Notes: a model not told the origin generated them from the letters alone. Counted from the first letter of the stretch, positions 18,990 to 29,198 are shown. The stretch is DNA of 64,000 nt from Alphaproteobacteria bacterium 43-37 (GCA_001897475.1 MKSY01000026.1:25324-89323); one strand, 5' to 3'. Made by a program: numbers and translations.

Positions 18990-20761
18990 TCCCACGTTAT
19001 CAATTGCCTGCCGCAACCATTCAGCCTGTCTCGGCTCCCGCTGATCAAGGTGTTGTTATTAAGCCTAGCCAAACTCAAGCTCCCAACAATAAGTTTGGTG
19101 AATTGGCTGCGGCTTTATCCAAATTCAATGACCCCTTACAAAAGATGATGCTAGCAAAGGTGGACTCTGAGAACAAAGGCGCTTTTATCTCAGGCCAAGA
19201 GCTTGCCTTAAACTATCAAAGCTGGGATGAAGCGGTGAAGGCTGGAAGAGCAGATGTTACCGACTCTCCTTACTTTCGCAAAGGCTTTATGGAAGCTAAG
19301 GGACGATTAGCCGGACTTACCTATGCGCAAAACTTAAATCAAGCCTATGAGTTGTGGGAAGGCAAAAACAGCATCAAGTTTATCGAAGACCCTGCCACTG
19401 GCAGCAAACGCATTGACCAAGACTCACTCTTGCAGTTTATGGAAGAGGTTCGCAAGGGATATCTGTCATCTCACCCTGAAATAAGGTCTTCAGATAATAA
19501 CCCTGCCGGAGGCGACCATGCTGGTGGCAGCCCTGACTATGATTGGTATGAAGGGTTTAAGCCAAAGATGGAAATGGCTGAGATTAACCTACTTAACCAT
19601 CACACGGCTTATACCCAGGCCCATTTGCGCGAATCCCGCTTGCAAATCCTGGATGGAGAAGTCGCCGCTGTTATCCGCCAAGGGCTTGGAGGAAATGACC
19701 TTAAAAGCAAACTCGATGAGCTCATAGTAGAAGCTATGTTTACTGGACTTTCCAAAGCACACGTAGAAGAGCGGGTTCAAAACAGTGTGATTGTTTCAGC
19801 CTTAGAAATGGGTGGCAGCCATGGTGACGCGCTCCTTAAGGTCATTGATTCAGATAACCCAGCTGGTAAGCAAAAGATACTTCAGGCGCAAAAGCACATT
19901 GAAGATGAGATGTGGCGGGATGAAGAGCGAGCACACCACAGAAAAGAGCGGCAGCGCAATGAATTCACTCGCACCTTTAAAAGCCATGTTCTGCGCTCTC
20001 TCATGGATGATCCAAATTACAAACCATCCCATGAGTTAGAGGCCCAAGCCATTGACGCTGGGGTTACCGATCTGCCACAAGTGGTCGAACTCATGCGCAA
20101 ACAAGTGTTGGAATACCAGGTTGAACACAACGTAGCGGGGCAAGAGCGCTTTTACGCTGATCTTTACGCAGGAAGATTATCTGAGCAGCAGATTTTGGAT
20201 TCAACCTTCTTGAACCCCACTGAGAAAGCACAGGCTTTAAAAACCCACTTTGCGCAATCGGATATCGTCAAGCACGAAGCGGTTAAAAGCGCCAAGCATA
20301 TCCTCACCGATGCGATTGCGCCCAATAAGCTGGAATCGCTCTTGATTGGCACCACCGAGAAGGGACAACAATTGAGCTCTCTTGCTGCAGAGGCTCAAGG
20401 AGAATTCCATCGAGAAATCTGGACGTTGCAGAGGGTTCAACCTGAGATTGCCGGTGATCCAATAGCACTTAGCCAGCAAGCAACCCAGATTGCTCAAACT
20501 CTTAAGACAAAGTATCAGAAACTGAAAGAGCAAATTGTCTCGGGTGCACCTGCAACCAACACAAGCCCTAACTCTTCAAGTGCTAATCCTCAAGAAAAAT
20601 CACCTACATCAAAATTGTTTCAATCAAAAACTGAGCTTAAACAAGCACTGGCTGATTACAAGCAAGGCAAGGGAAAACTTAAAGACTACGTAGATACCCA
20701 CCCAGGTATGACGCAAGAGCAGTTTGAGTCATTCCTTCAAAGTTTTACTTTTGAGGATTAG
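18986..20761 (+). CDS. Internal virion protein C (gp15-like)
   Basis: It is 591 aa, coupled to the upstream gene, and at the position of T7 gp15. Confidence 0.5.
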   Translation: MIPRYQLPAATIQPVSAPADQGVVIKPSQTQAPNNKFGELAAALSKFNDPLQKMMLAKVDSENKGAFISGQELALNYQSWDEAVKAGRADVTDSPYFRKGFMEAKGRLAGLTYAQNLNQAYELWEGKNSIKFIEDPATGSKRIDQDSLLQFMEEVRKGYLSSHPEIRSSDNNPAGGDHAGGSPDYDWYEGFKPKMEMAEINLLNHHTAYTQAHLRESRLQILDGEVAAVIRQGLGGNDLKSKLDELIVEAMFTGLSKAHVEERVQNSVIVSALEMGGSHGDALLKVIDSDNPAGKQKILQAQKHIEDEMWRDEERAHHRKERQRNEFTRTFKSHVLRSLMDDPNYKPSHELEAQAIDAGVTDLPQVVELMRKQVLEYQVEHNVAGQERFYADLYAGRLSEQQILDSTFLNPTEKAQALKTHFAQSDIVKHEAVKSAKHILTDAIAPNKLESLLIGTTEKGQQLSSLAAEAQGEFHREIWTLQRVQPEIAGDPIALSQQATQIAQTLKTKYQKLKEQIVSGAPATNTSPNSSSANPQEKSPTSKLFQSKTELKQALADYKQGKGKLKDYVDTHPGMTQEQFESFLQSFTFED

Positions 20762-20773
20762 AAAGATTAAATT

Positions 20774-21184
20774 TTACCGTAACGTAGGTAAAAAAAGGTT
20801 GCCAGCTGAAAACACATGAAGGGCTCCAGCTGCTGCGGGTGCTGGGGCTGCTTTTGCTGCTGCCGCGGGTGGCGCAGCGCTGGCTCCTCCACTTAGCGCG
20901 GTGGTAGCCGCTGCGGCTTCTTTCTTTCCCGGCGCGCCTCCTGAACCTGAACTGGCTTTAGCTGCTGCAATTAATGGTTTATAAGAAGCAGCAAATTCCA
21001 AGCGCATATCATCCATTGACCGAAAATCTCTAATAAAACGATCGGGTTGGGCATGAGCTAACCCCGCATTCAAAATCAATCCTAACAACAATACATATCT
21101 CATTTTATCCATAAACCTAACTCTAGTAAAAATATTCATCATATTTACCTTATAATTATTTCCTCTGTTTTTTGCAATCAGCAA
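20774..21184 (-). CDS. Small secreted Ala-rich protein (an opposite-strand moron)
   Basis: It has a signal peptide (MRYVLLLGLILNAGLAHA) followed by an A/G/P-rich low-complexity tail. Confidence 0.45.
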   Translation of the reverse strand: MLIAKNRGNNYKVNMMNIFTRVRFMDKMRYVLLLGLILNAGLAHAQPDRFIRDFRSMDDMRLEFAASYKPLIAAAKASSGSGGAPGKKEAAAATTALSGGASAAPPAAAAKAAPAPAAAGALHVFSAGNLFLPTLR

Positions 21185-21205
21185 CTTCTTTTAAGGAAGA
21201 CTTCA

Positions 21206-21655
21206 ATGCTCACCTTATTTGGGGCCCTGTTGGGCTTTTTATCCAGTGCCATGCCCGAGATCATGCGCTTCATAAATCAACACCGCGATCGCATCCAGGA
21301 GCTTTCCATCATGGATCGGCAAATGGAACTCACCAAACAAGGTCATACCCATCGCCTTGAAGAAATCCGCCTTACCTCTGAATCCAATGAACAAATCGCC
21401 CTGATCCAAAGCCAACGGCGAGTAAAAGTTAAATGGGTGGATGGATTGGCGGGCTCTGTTCGTCCTGTGATCACCTATGCCTTCTTTGGTCTTTATGCTG
21501 CTGTGAAGATTGCCAGCTGGTATTCTTGGGTAAATGGATCAAACGTTCCTGCCATTACAGCCTTGATTCATATTTGGAGCGGTGAGGATGAAGCCTTGTT
21601 TGCGGCTGTCATGTCCTTCTGGTTTGGGCATCGCGCATTGAATCGAAAGAAGTAG
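21206..21655 (+). CDS. Putative holin or lysis membrane protein
   Basis: It has two to three predicted transmembrane segments and lies immediately upstream of the endolysin, 3 bp away. Confidence 0.45.
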   Translation: MLTLFGALLGFLSSAMPEIMRFINQHRDRIQELSIMDRQMELTKQGHTHRLEEIRLTSESNEQIALIQSQRRVKVKWVDGLAGSVRPVITYAFFGLYAAVKIASWYSWVNGSNVPAITALIHIWSGEDEALFAAVMSFWFGHRALNRKK

Positions 21656-21657
21656 CT

Positions 21658-22098
21658 ATGCGAACAATATCAAGCAAAGGGCTAGCCCTCATCAAGCACT
21701 TTGAGGGGTTTAAGGACAAACCTTACACATGCCCAGGGGGATATGTCACGATTGGGTATGGCCATGTGATAGGTAAAGATGAGGAATTCAAAACCCTTAT
21801 AGAACATGAAGCTGAAGAGCTCTTAATCCACGATGCACAAAAAGCTCTTCACGCCTTAAGCCGTCTTGTCAAAATCCCACTTACACAGCCTCAGGTGGAT
21901 GCTTTAATTTCGTTTATCTTTAACCTTGGAGCTGGAGCTTTCCAGCGTTCCACCTTAAGGGCGAGCATTAACCGCCGCGATCACACACAGGCGTGCTTGG
22001 AGTTCCTCAAATGGACAAAGGCAAGTGGCAAGGTTTTGAGTGGTTTACTCAAACGCCGGCAGGCTGAAGCAAGGCTTTACCAGTCTGGTATTTGCTGA
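21658..22098 (+). CDS. Endolysin, GH24 phage lysozyme
   Basis: LIKHFEGFKDKPYTCPGGYVTIGYGH is the canonical T4-lysozyme-family catalytic motif (E, D, T). Confidence 0.85.
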   Translation: MRTISSKGLALIKHFEGFKDKPYTCPGGYVTIGYGHVIGKDEEFKTLIEHEAEELLIHDAQKALHALSRLVKIPLTQPQVDALISFIFNLGAGAFQRSTLRASINRRDHTQACLEFLKWTKASGKVLSGLLKRRQAEARLYQSGIC

Positions 22099-22147
22099 TC
22101 AATTCGATCTCTCATAACATTTTCATTTTTCTCAATGGAGAGTTTTT

Positions 22148-25100
22148 ATGGAACAACCAGTTCTTCCTCAAGCTTATGAACCACAAGATTTAACCCCATC
22201 TTCTGACTTAGAATCACCAAAACTCAAAGTACCGGATGCATTCATCCGCAAGCTTGAAACCGAAGAGCAAGAGCAAGGCATTCTTAGCCGTGCCCTGACT
22301 GATGTATCAGACTTTGCCTTCTCTTCTGAGGTGTTTAAAGCACCTGTGCATGGTATGGTGGAAGGGGTTAATCAGACGATCACAACCATTGAACATGCCT
22401 TAAAACCTGTGGTAGAAACCCCGGCACACTTATTAGCCCCTGAGTTTGAATTTGGACTTCCCCATCTTCCCAATGTGAACGCACCTCAAACTGTCACTGG
22501 CAACCTGGTCTCGGATGTAGCACAGTTTGCCCTTCCCTTTACCTGGGCCTTGAAAGGCATGAAAGCCCTCAATGTCCTCTCACGTGTGGCGCAAAAAGCT
22601 CCAGGAGCATTGACACCGAGTGTCCTAGCTGCAGGGGCAGGGTTTATTGCCGATAGCGTGGCCTTTGACCCTTATGAAGAGCGGCTGTGCAACCTTGTGG
22701 CTGATCATGGGCCGGAACTTACCAAACCAATTTTTGATGCCCTTAAGGCTGAAAGGCAAGATGGTGAGGTTGAAGCACGATTAAAGCGAGGGGTTGAAGG
22801 ACTTGCCTTAGGTGGCCTCACATCAGGGGTTATCAAGCTGGTGCAAAAGATGCGTTGGATTAAAACCCATAAGGAAAGAGTGGTTTCGAGCACAGGTGAG
22901 TCTTATGAGCCTGATCATGGTATACTTCAGGCTGCTAGTGACTTAAGCTACTGGTCAGGTCATCATCAAGATGAAACTTTGATCCACAAAACCATTTTGG
23001 AAACGGCTGGTTCTGCTAATCATTCGGATCATTTTGCTGCTTTAAGGGAACTAACCCAGCAGCATAATGCGCCAGTGATGAGCCCAGGTGTCAGTCAGAA
23101 TTTTATGACTCAAGCATCCGAGCGCTGGGTCAGTATCTTGCAATCTAAAGCTTGGGAGGAGTTGCCCGAGGCTGCCAAACAGGATTTGGAAAGTTTGTTC
23201 CTTAAAGGTGAGCAAGAGCATTGGCCTGAGTCGCTCAAACAAGCGATGGAAGCAAATCAACTTAAACGACAGGCTGCTACTGAAGTTAAGGTATCAACTA
23301 ATCTCGGGCAAGAGACCCTCAGTTTAGAAGCATCACCTATTACTCACAATGTAACTGCTGATTCAGGTGAAACCCTGTTATCCTTACAAACTCATCAGGT
23401 AAAAGCCTTTCAAGAAGCACTCTCAAATTTCGATGAAGAGAGGGCAAGCCGGGTCATTGGGCGTGGCATCAACTTTGATAACATTGCGTCATCGGATGAC
23501 ACCATCAAAGTGATGAAGACTCTTCAAGACCTCATGGCCGATGGCATCAATGAAGCTACAGGCAACGTGAGAACCTGGACGGATACCAACAAGATTGCAA
23601 CTATCATTGGTTCAAGCCCGGAGAACGTCACATCATCACTGAACACTTTGTTCAATAGCTCCAAACTGATGGACTCACAGCTAAGAGCATCCGGCATTTA
23701 TCTGCAAAGCCTTTTTGAAACGCTGCGTCGAGAAGCGGTCAAGATTGATCTTGGGGAAGCTGGAACCGAGCAGATAGCTAACTTTGTAAGACTGAAAACA
23801 CTCACGGGTGAAACCCTTAAAATGTACCAAGGAATTAAGTCCAACATCGCTCGGTCACTCAATACTCTCAAAATGCCCCTTTATGGTAAAGAGCTTTCCG
23901 AAAAACAGTTGACGGAAATCTTTGAAGCGCAAGGAGGCGTGACGAACATCCGAGCCTTGGCTAAAGCTTTTGCATCCTGCCCTTCCAATGAGGAGTTGGC
24001 AAAATTAGTCAAACCTTCGTTTTATGAAAAATCCAGAGACGCTGTGTTGGAATATTTTATGAACAGCGTCTTATCTGGCCCATCAACCCATGCCGTCAAC
24101 ATAATGTCCACAGCGGCCCACACACTTTGGCAACCCCTAGAGCGGTTTACGGCTGGCCTCATTATGGCCGATAAAGATATGCTTCTAGAGGGCACGTATC
24201 TCACCCGAGGTATTTTTGACAGTTTGAAGGATATTCTTCGTTGGACAGCTTTAGGCTCAAGCCGTCATGCGGATGAAACCTTCACTCACGCCAACCCACT
24301 TCAAGGCGCCGCAAAAGCCTTTATGGTGGATCGAAACCTCATCAACCAGCATGGTATTAATGACGTCAGCCGGCCCAAAGCCATCAGCGCAGAACGGTTT
24401 GGCTTTCTTCCAGCAGAATCGATCATGAAAGCATTGGAAGAAAACAATTATGCTGAAGCCATTCGCTCATCCATGATCCATGGGCTTGATTATCTGGGTA
24501 AAGCGATCAACTTGCCTGGACGGTTTCTCTTGGCCGAAGATGAGTTCTTCAAGATCATCAATTACAGATCATCGATCAGAGCTTTAGCTGCACGGGAAAC
24601 CAAACTGACTAGTCAGACGCTAGCCCCTGAGGCTGGCCAGAACATCGATGGGCTTTATGAATCAATCCTTGCCAACCCCAAACAATACGGCAACCTTCAT
24701 GAAAAAGCGCTTGCCTTTGCCGACGAGGTGAGTTTCACCACCCCACTCGCAGAAGGAACACTTTCCCATTCCCTCAACCAGATCGCCCATAAGCATCCTG
24801 GTTTAAGGTTCATCATTCCCTTTATCCGCACGCCGGCAAATATTCTGAAGTTTGCGCATCACCGGACACCTGGTCTTAATCTGCTCTCCAAGCAATATCG
24901 GCAGGAACTCACTTCCTCTGATCCGATGGTGCAAAAACAAGCGCTTGGCAAACTGTTTGGTGGATGGATTTTATGGGCGACGGCTTTTTCTTTGGCTGAG
25001 GATGGCGTCGTTACTGGTGGTGTTCCTAAAGGCAAAGGTGAAGCGCTGCGTAACACTGGCAGGTTGCCGTATTCCTTTGCATTTCAGCAAGAGGATGGAA

Positions 25101-25930
25101 CAACCAAATATGCGCAGTTTAGCCGCCTTGACCCCTTTGGGATGTTCTTTGGGCTGGCTGCTGATTTACACTACATCTTCCATGAATTGCCTCAAGGTGA
25201 ACAAGAGAATCTAGCCACAGCCTCACTTATTGCGATTTCGCAAAACATCAACACACGCGGGTATTTGGTTGGCCTTACCAATTTGCTCAACGCCTTAAGC
25301 GATGGAAACCGGTATGGCCAACGATTTGCGGCAAACTACCTCTCCAGCCTCGTTCCAAATGCCATCAAGCAGCATCGCAAGGGTGAAGATAATATTCAAC
25401 GACTGGCACCCAAAAACCCCTTTGAAGATTTAGAATCACTCATATCCTTTTACAAAAGCCAGCTGCCTGGATATTCGAAGGAACTGCCAGCTAGGTTGAA
25501 CTTGTTTGGGGAGGAAGTGAGTTACCCCAGCCTATTGGGCCAAGGGCTGCTAAAGGGGATTGCTACTTCAAAAAGTACCCAAGACCCCGTTGCAGAAGAG
25601 ATGTTCAGGCTTAAAATGTCAGGACGGCCCCCAATGGATGAGATTGAGGGCGTCACGCTTTCATCAGAGGAATATCACCATTATATCAAACTGTGCGCTA
25701 AGCCAAGTTCAAATATGAACCTAAAGAAGGTACTTGAAACCATCATGTCTTCAGCTAGTTACCAGCAGATGCCTGAAGGGGATGAGAATGTGGAAGGACA
25801 CAAGCAGCATGCCATCAAAAGCGTAATTCAGCTCTATCGAAAACTCGGTCAAGCCAAACTGCTGGAAAAGTATCCTAACCTGAATGCAAAGGTTTTGGAG
25901 CAGCGTAAGAAAAAGATAAGAGGCAATTGA
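22148..25930 (+). CDS. Internal virion protein D (gp16-like, ejection protein)
   Basis: It is 1260 aa, the largest gene, and sits at the position of T7 gp16 before the fiber genes. Confidence 0.6.
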   Translation: MEQPVLPQAYEPQDLTPSSDLESPKLKVPDAFIRKLETEEQEQGILSRALTDVSDFAFSSEVFKAPVHGMVEGVNQTITTIEHALKPVVETPAHLLAPEFEFGLPHLPNVNAPQTVTGNLVSDVAQFALPFTWALKGMKALNVLSRVAQKAPGALTPSVLAAGAGFIADSVAFDPYEERLCNLVADHGPELTKPIFDALKAERQDGEVEARLKRGVEGLALGGLTSGVIKLVQKMRWIKTHKERVVSSTGESYEPDHGILQAASDLSYWSGHHQDETLIHKTILETAGSANHSDHFAALRELTQQHNAPVMSPGVSQNFMTQASERWVSILQSKAWEELPEAAKQDLESLFLKGEQEHWPESLKQAMEANQLKRQAATEVKVSTNLGQETLSLEASPITHNVTADSGETLLSLQTHQVKAFQEALSNFDEERASRVIGRGINFDNIASSDDTIKVMKTLQDLMADGINEATGNVRTWTDTNKIATIIGSSPENVTSSLNTLFNSSKLMDSQLRASGIYLQSLFETLRREAVKIDLGEAGTEQIANFVRLKTLTGETLKMYQGIKSNIARSLNTLKMPLYGKELSEKQLTEIFEAQGGVTNIRALAKAFASCPSNEELAKLVKPSFYEKSRDAVLEYFMNSVLSGPSTHAVNIMSTAAHTLWQPLERFTAGLIMADKDMLLEGTYLTRGIFDSLKDILRWTALGSSRHADETFTHANPLQGAAKAFMVDRNLINQHGINDVSRPKAISAERFGFLPAESIMKALEENNYAEAIRSSMIHGLDYLGKAINLPGRFLLAEDEFFKIINYRSSIRALAARETKLTSQTLAPEAGQNIDGLYESILANPKQYGNLHEKALAFADEVSFTTPLAEGTLSHSLNQIAHKHPGLRFIIPFIRTPANILKFAHHRTPGLNLLSKQYRQELTSSDPMVQKQALGKLFGGWILWATAFSLAEDGVVTGGVPKGKGEALRNTGRLPYSFAFQQEDGTTKYAQFSRLDPFGMFFGLAADLHYIFHELPQGEQENLATASLIAISQNINTRGYLVGLTNLLNALSDGNRYGQRFAANYLSSLVPNAIKQHRKGEDNIQRLAPKNPFEDLESLISFYKSQLPGYSKELPARLNLFGEEVSYPSLLGQGLLKGIATSKSTQDPVAEEMFRLKMSGRPPMDEIEGVTLSSEEYHHYIKLCAKPSSNMNLKKVLETIMSSASYQQMPEGDENVEGHKQHAIKSVIQLYRKLGQAKLLEKYPNLNAKVLEQRKKKIRGN

Positions 25931-26040
25931 TCAAAGCACACATTTAAAAAATGCTGTTAAATATTTTTTTGTTAATTCATGTATTTTAACGTATGTTCAT
26001 AAAATATTATTGGTCTTAATATAAATTGAAATAGCATGGT

Positions 26041-26319
26041 ATGATTAAGACGTTTAAGTGCAGAGAAACAGAAAAGCTATTTAACGACCAGATGGTTAAA
26101 GGTTTTAGGGCCTTTGAACGGCAGGCAAGAAGGAAGCTATTATTACTGCATGCTGCCAAAGGTTTGGAAGACCTCAAATCACCTCCTGGCAACCATTTGG
26201 AAAGCTTAAAAGGTGATCGTCAAAGCCAGTACAGCATTCGCATTAATAATCAATGGCGGCTGTGTTTTGAATGGACCGATAATAACGCTTATGAAGTAGA
26301 GATAGTTGATTATCATTAG
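26041..26319 (+). CDS. higB: HigB toxin (RelE/ParE superfamily, plasmid-killer type)
   Basis: It is 92 aa with the conserved C-terminal block WRLCFEWTDNNAYEVEIVDYH. Its stop abuts the start of higA. Confidence 0.8.
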   Translation: MIKTFKCRETEKLFNDQMVKGFRAFERQARRKLLLLHAAKGLEDLKSPPGNHLESLKGDRQSQYSIRINNQWRLCFEWTDNNAYEVEIVDYH

Positions 26320-26657
26320 TGAGAAGAGCCATGTCAGAACTTGATCTTATTACCCCTGGAGAAATTCTTCTTGAAGAGTTTATGAAACCAAATGACATTA
26401 GTCAGGCTCAAATGGCTAAGGACTTGAATATTCCCGTTTCGCGCATTAGGGGGGTTGTGCATGGTCGCTCTCACATTACGGCTGATTTAGCATTAAGGCT
26501 TGCCCGATATTTTGGAACAACAGCAGAATTATGGCTCAGTCTTCAAAACGAGTATGATGTGCGAAAAACCCAACGTGCTATTGGCAAGGATATCAAAAGA
26601 CAAGTCCAGCCGCTCGTAAAACATTTTACAAACAACCTATCTGAATCACATCGCTAA
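26319..26657 (+). CDS. higA: HigA antitoxin (XRE-family HTH)
   Basis: ITPGEILLEEFMKPNDISQAQMAKDLNIPVSRIRGVVHGRSHITADLALRLARYFGTTAELWLSLQNEYD is the typical HigA/VapI HTH. Confidence 0.8.
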   Translation: MRRAMSELDLITPGEILLEEFMKPNDISQAQMAKDLNIPVSRIRGVVHGRSHITADLALRLARYFGTTAELWLSLQNEYDVRKTQRAIGKDIKRQVQPLVKHFTNNLSESHR

Positions 26658-26692
26658 CTTTTAATACACATTCTTAAGTTAGGATTAAATTC

Positions 26693-27400
26693 ATGAAAAC
26701 CATTACCTACACCTCCGATGGGGTGCAGCTTCTGTACCCTATCGGTTTTGTCTACAATACGCAGGATGTATTCACGGTTTATGTGGATGATAGTCTTGTG
26801 CCGTTTGAGAAGATTGATCATAACCACACGATCAGGCTTTTGGAAGCACCGGCCTTGAGCTCGCGCATTAAAATTGTGTGTGCAGCTTGTTTATCGAAAG
26901 CAGGTGATGAGGAAGAACAAGCCAACTTTAAGCTTCATCATAAGCAACAATTTGTACAACAACCTTCAACAACCATCCCAATTGATCAGCTCAAACAAAG
27001 CATCCTGTCTGATATTGAGCCTATTCTCAAAGACTTTAAAACCAGCAGCATCGAACTTCTAGCTCAGATGGATAAGCTCTATACCAAAACCATGCAGTCA
27101 GTTGAAAGCTGCCAGAAGCTAAAGGCAGAAATATTTCATGAAATGTCTTCCTTTCGGCAATCGATCCACCAACTAATCCAGGAAGGCGTTGGCAAACTTC
27201 AATATGATGCTTCGCGCATTGAGGGTGTCGCCAATCATGCGGTCAATGTAGCCAATCAGCGGTGGGGCGAAGTGAACTCACTGCAACAGTCTGTGCACTC
27301 CCTTCAATCTGAGGTTACAAGCCTTAAAGGGCAAATCAATTCTTTGAGCAACTCACTGAACCGACTAGAAAGTCGATCTTTTGGCGGTTCATCAAAATAA
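26693..27400 (+). CDS. Tail fiber-like protein 1 (T7 gp17 N-terminal domain plus coiled coil)
   Basis: The N-terminus (YTSDGVQLLYPIGFVYNTQDVFTVYVD) resembles the gp17 N-terminal tail-attachment domain. The C-terminus has a heptad coiled coil. Confidence 0.5.
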   Translation: MKTITYTSDGVQLLYPIGFVYNTQDVFTVYVDDSLVPFEKIDHNHTIRLLEAPALSSRIKIVCAACLSKAGDEEEQANFKLHHKQQFVQQPSTTIPIDQLKQSILSDIEPILKDFKTSSIELLAQMDKLYTKTMQSVESCQKLKAEIFHEMSSFRQSIHQLIQEGVGKLQYDASRIEGVANHAVNVANQRWGEVNSLQQSVHSLQSEVTSLKGQINSLSNSLNRLESRSFGGSSK

Positions 27401-27479
27401 CTCTTTCATCAATCAAGCATCCGTATTTTTTTAAAGTTTACCTTCTCATAAACACCTTTATCCAAAGGAGTCAAAACCC

Positions 27480-29198
27480 ATGGCACAAAGCTATGTGACC
27501 TATACGGCCGATGGAAAGACAGACGTCTTTCAAGTGCCGTTTCCATTCATCTCACAACAAGACCTTAAAATCATTCTTTCTGGCGATGTACCACCCAATG
27601 GAAAACCCATTCAAGTTGAATACCTTTCACACAACAATTCCATCAAATTAAACTTCATCCCCAAAGCGGGCAGTAAAGTAACTGTGAGCCGCAAAACGTC
27701 GATACAGGATTTAGCCCAAAAGTTTCAAGCCGGAGCCATTAACAATGAGGCGCTATCTAAAAATGCTCAACAGTCCTTGCTCAAATTGCAAGAACTCGAA
27801 GAATCATTTGAAAAGACGCTTATCCCAGCTGATGGTGTTTGCTCTATGCGTGGTAATCGCATCACGGTTTTAGGCTATCCAAAAGATGACTCTGATGCGG
27901 CATCCGTAAGCTTTGTAAAATCCTTGTACAAAGAAAAAGAGGAACAGTTTGCTAAAACATCCGCCTCCATTGAAGCTCAAGTGAAAACTCATCAAGAGGT
28001 GAGCAAGGCTGTTGAAAGTTCAGTCCAATCAGTTGAGGGTAAAGTTTATGACTTGTTAGCCAAGATCGAGGATAAGTCAAAACAGATTCAATCCATTGAA
28101 GATCGGTTTACTCAAACAGGCATTAAAGCTGTTACGGATGCTCACATGCATGCCGGGCAAGCGAAAGCTTTATTGGAACAGTTGCAGGCTAAGGCAGCCG
28201 CTTTTGAGGCTGGCGTTAAAATTGCATCCGATAACATTGAAGTGAAAGCCAAAAGCGCCGCAGAGGCAATCGAATCAAGGGCCAAAAATTCTTCTGATAA
28301 TATTGATACCCTTAGGCAGAAAGCTTTGGCTGATATCGAGGCGCAAGAAAAACAGCTCAAAGATGCTGCCGCCCAAAAGCAAGCCAGCCTGGAAGAACTG
28401 TTGGCCAAAACCCAAGTTTTACATGATCAAAGCAAGGCTGCCGCCGCTGAGGCCAAGCAAACCAAAGAGAGCCTATCTCAAGACTCTGCAAAAACAATAG
28501 CCACCTTGCAGCAAGAAGCCAAAGATACCATTGATCAAGCAAAAGCTATGACAGCCAAATGTGAGGCTGATTTATCCGCTGGGCTTAAAGCAGCTCAAGA
28601 CAGCATTATCAAAACCAGGCTGGATTCCATTGCGGAAATTGCCGAGCTGACGGGCAGGCATCGGGAGCTCTTGCGCACCTGCCAGGATCATACGGATCAA
28701 TCGAAAGCTGTAATGGAAGCCAGGTCAAAGGAGATCGACACTTATAAACAAACTCTGTCCAAACTATTTGAGGAATTTAAGGCTGATTATCAAAACAAGC
28801 ACAAAGAGATGTTTGAGGTTTTAGGAGCTATCAAAGCACGAGAAGAAGCTGTCACCCAAACTTTGAGAGAAGCTCAAGCCCTCAAGCAGCAGCTTGAAAA
28901 TGAGTTTAGACAGCGCCAAGCAGAACTAGCAGCAGCTTATAGCGAGAACACTCTCAAGACCAAGTTGGAATTGTCTAACTATGCTGAGAACATTAAAAGC
29001 ACTCTTTTAAATGACGTGTTCACTGAGCTTGAAAAACCGTTGCAGCCGGAAGGTCAGGACCAACAGCCAATCCCACCAGGTACCACTGTTTCAACGCCCA
29101 TAGTTGAACCCTCTCAAACACCCACACCAGCTCCGCAAGAGCAAGAGCTTGTGCCATCAATCACACCACCGTTAGTTACCCCAACACCACAGCCATAA
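27480..29198 (+). CDS. Tail fiber-like protein 2 (gp17 N-terminal domain, long coiled coil, Pro/Thr-rich C-terminus)
   Basis: YTADGKTDVFQVPFPFISQQDLKIIL resembles T7 gp17 YQLDGSNRDFNIPFEYLARKFVVVTL. About 350 aa of Ala/Lys/Gln-rich coiled coil follow. Confidence 0.55.
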   Translation: MAQSYVTYTADGKTDVFQVPFPFISQQDLKIILSGDVPPNGKPIQVEYLSHNNSIKLNFIPKAGSKVTVSRKTSIQDLAQKFQAGAINNEALSKNAQQSLLKLQELEESFEKTLIPADGVCSMRGNRITVLGYPKDDSDAASVSFVKSLYKEKEEQFAKTSASIEAQVKTHQEVSKAVESSVQSVEGKVYDLLAKIEDKSKQIQSIEDRFTQTGIKAVTDAHMHAGQAKALLEQLQAKAAAFEAGVKIASDNIEVKAKSAAEAIESRAKNSSDNIDTLRQKALADIEAQEKQLKDAAAQKQASLEELLAKTQVLHDQSKAAAAEAKQTKESLSQDSAKTIATLQQEAKDTIDQAKAMTAKCEADLSAGLKAAQDSIIKTRLDSIAEIAELTGRHRELLRTCQDHTDQSKAVMEARSKEIDTYKQTLSKLFEEFKADYQNKHKEMFEVLGAIKAREEAVTQTLREAQALKQQLENEFRQRQAELAAAYSENTLKTKLELSNYAENIKSTLLNDVFTELEKPLQPEGQDQQPIPPGTTVSTPIVEPSQTPTPAPQEQELVPSITPPLVTPTPQP

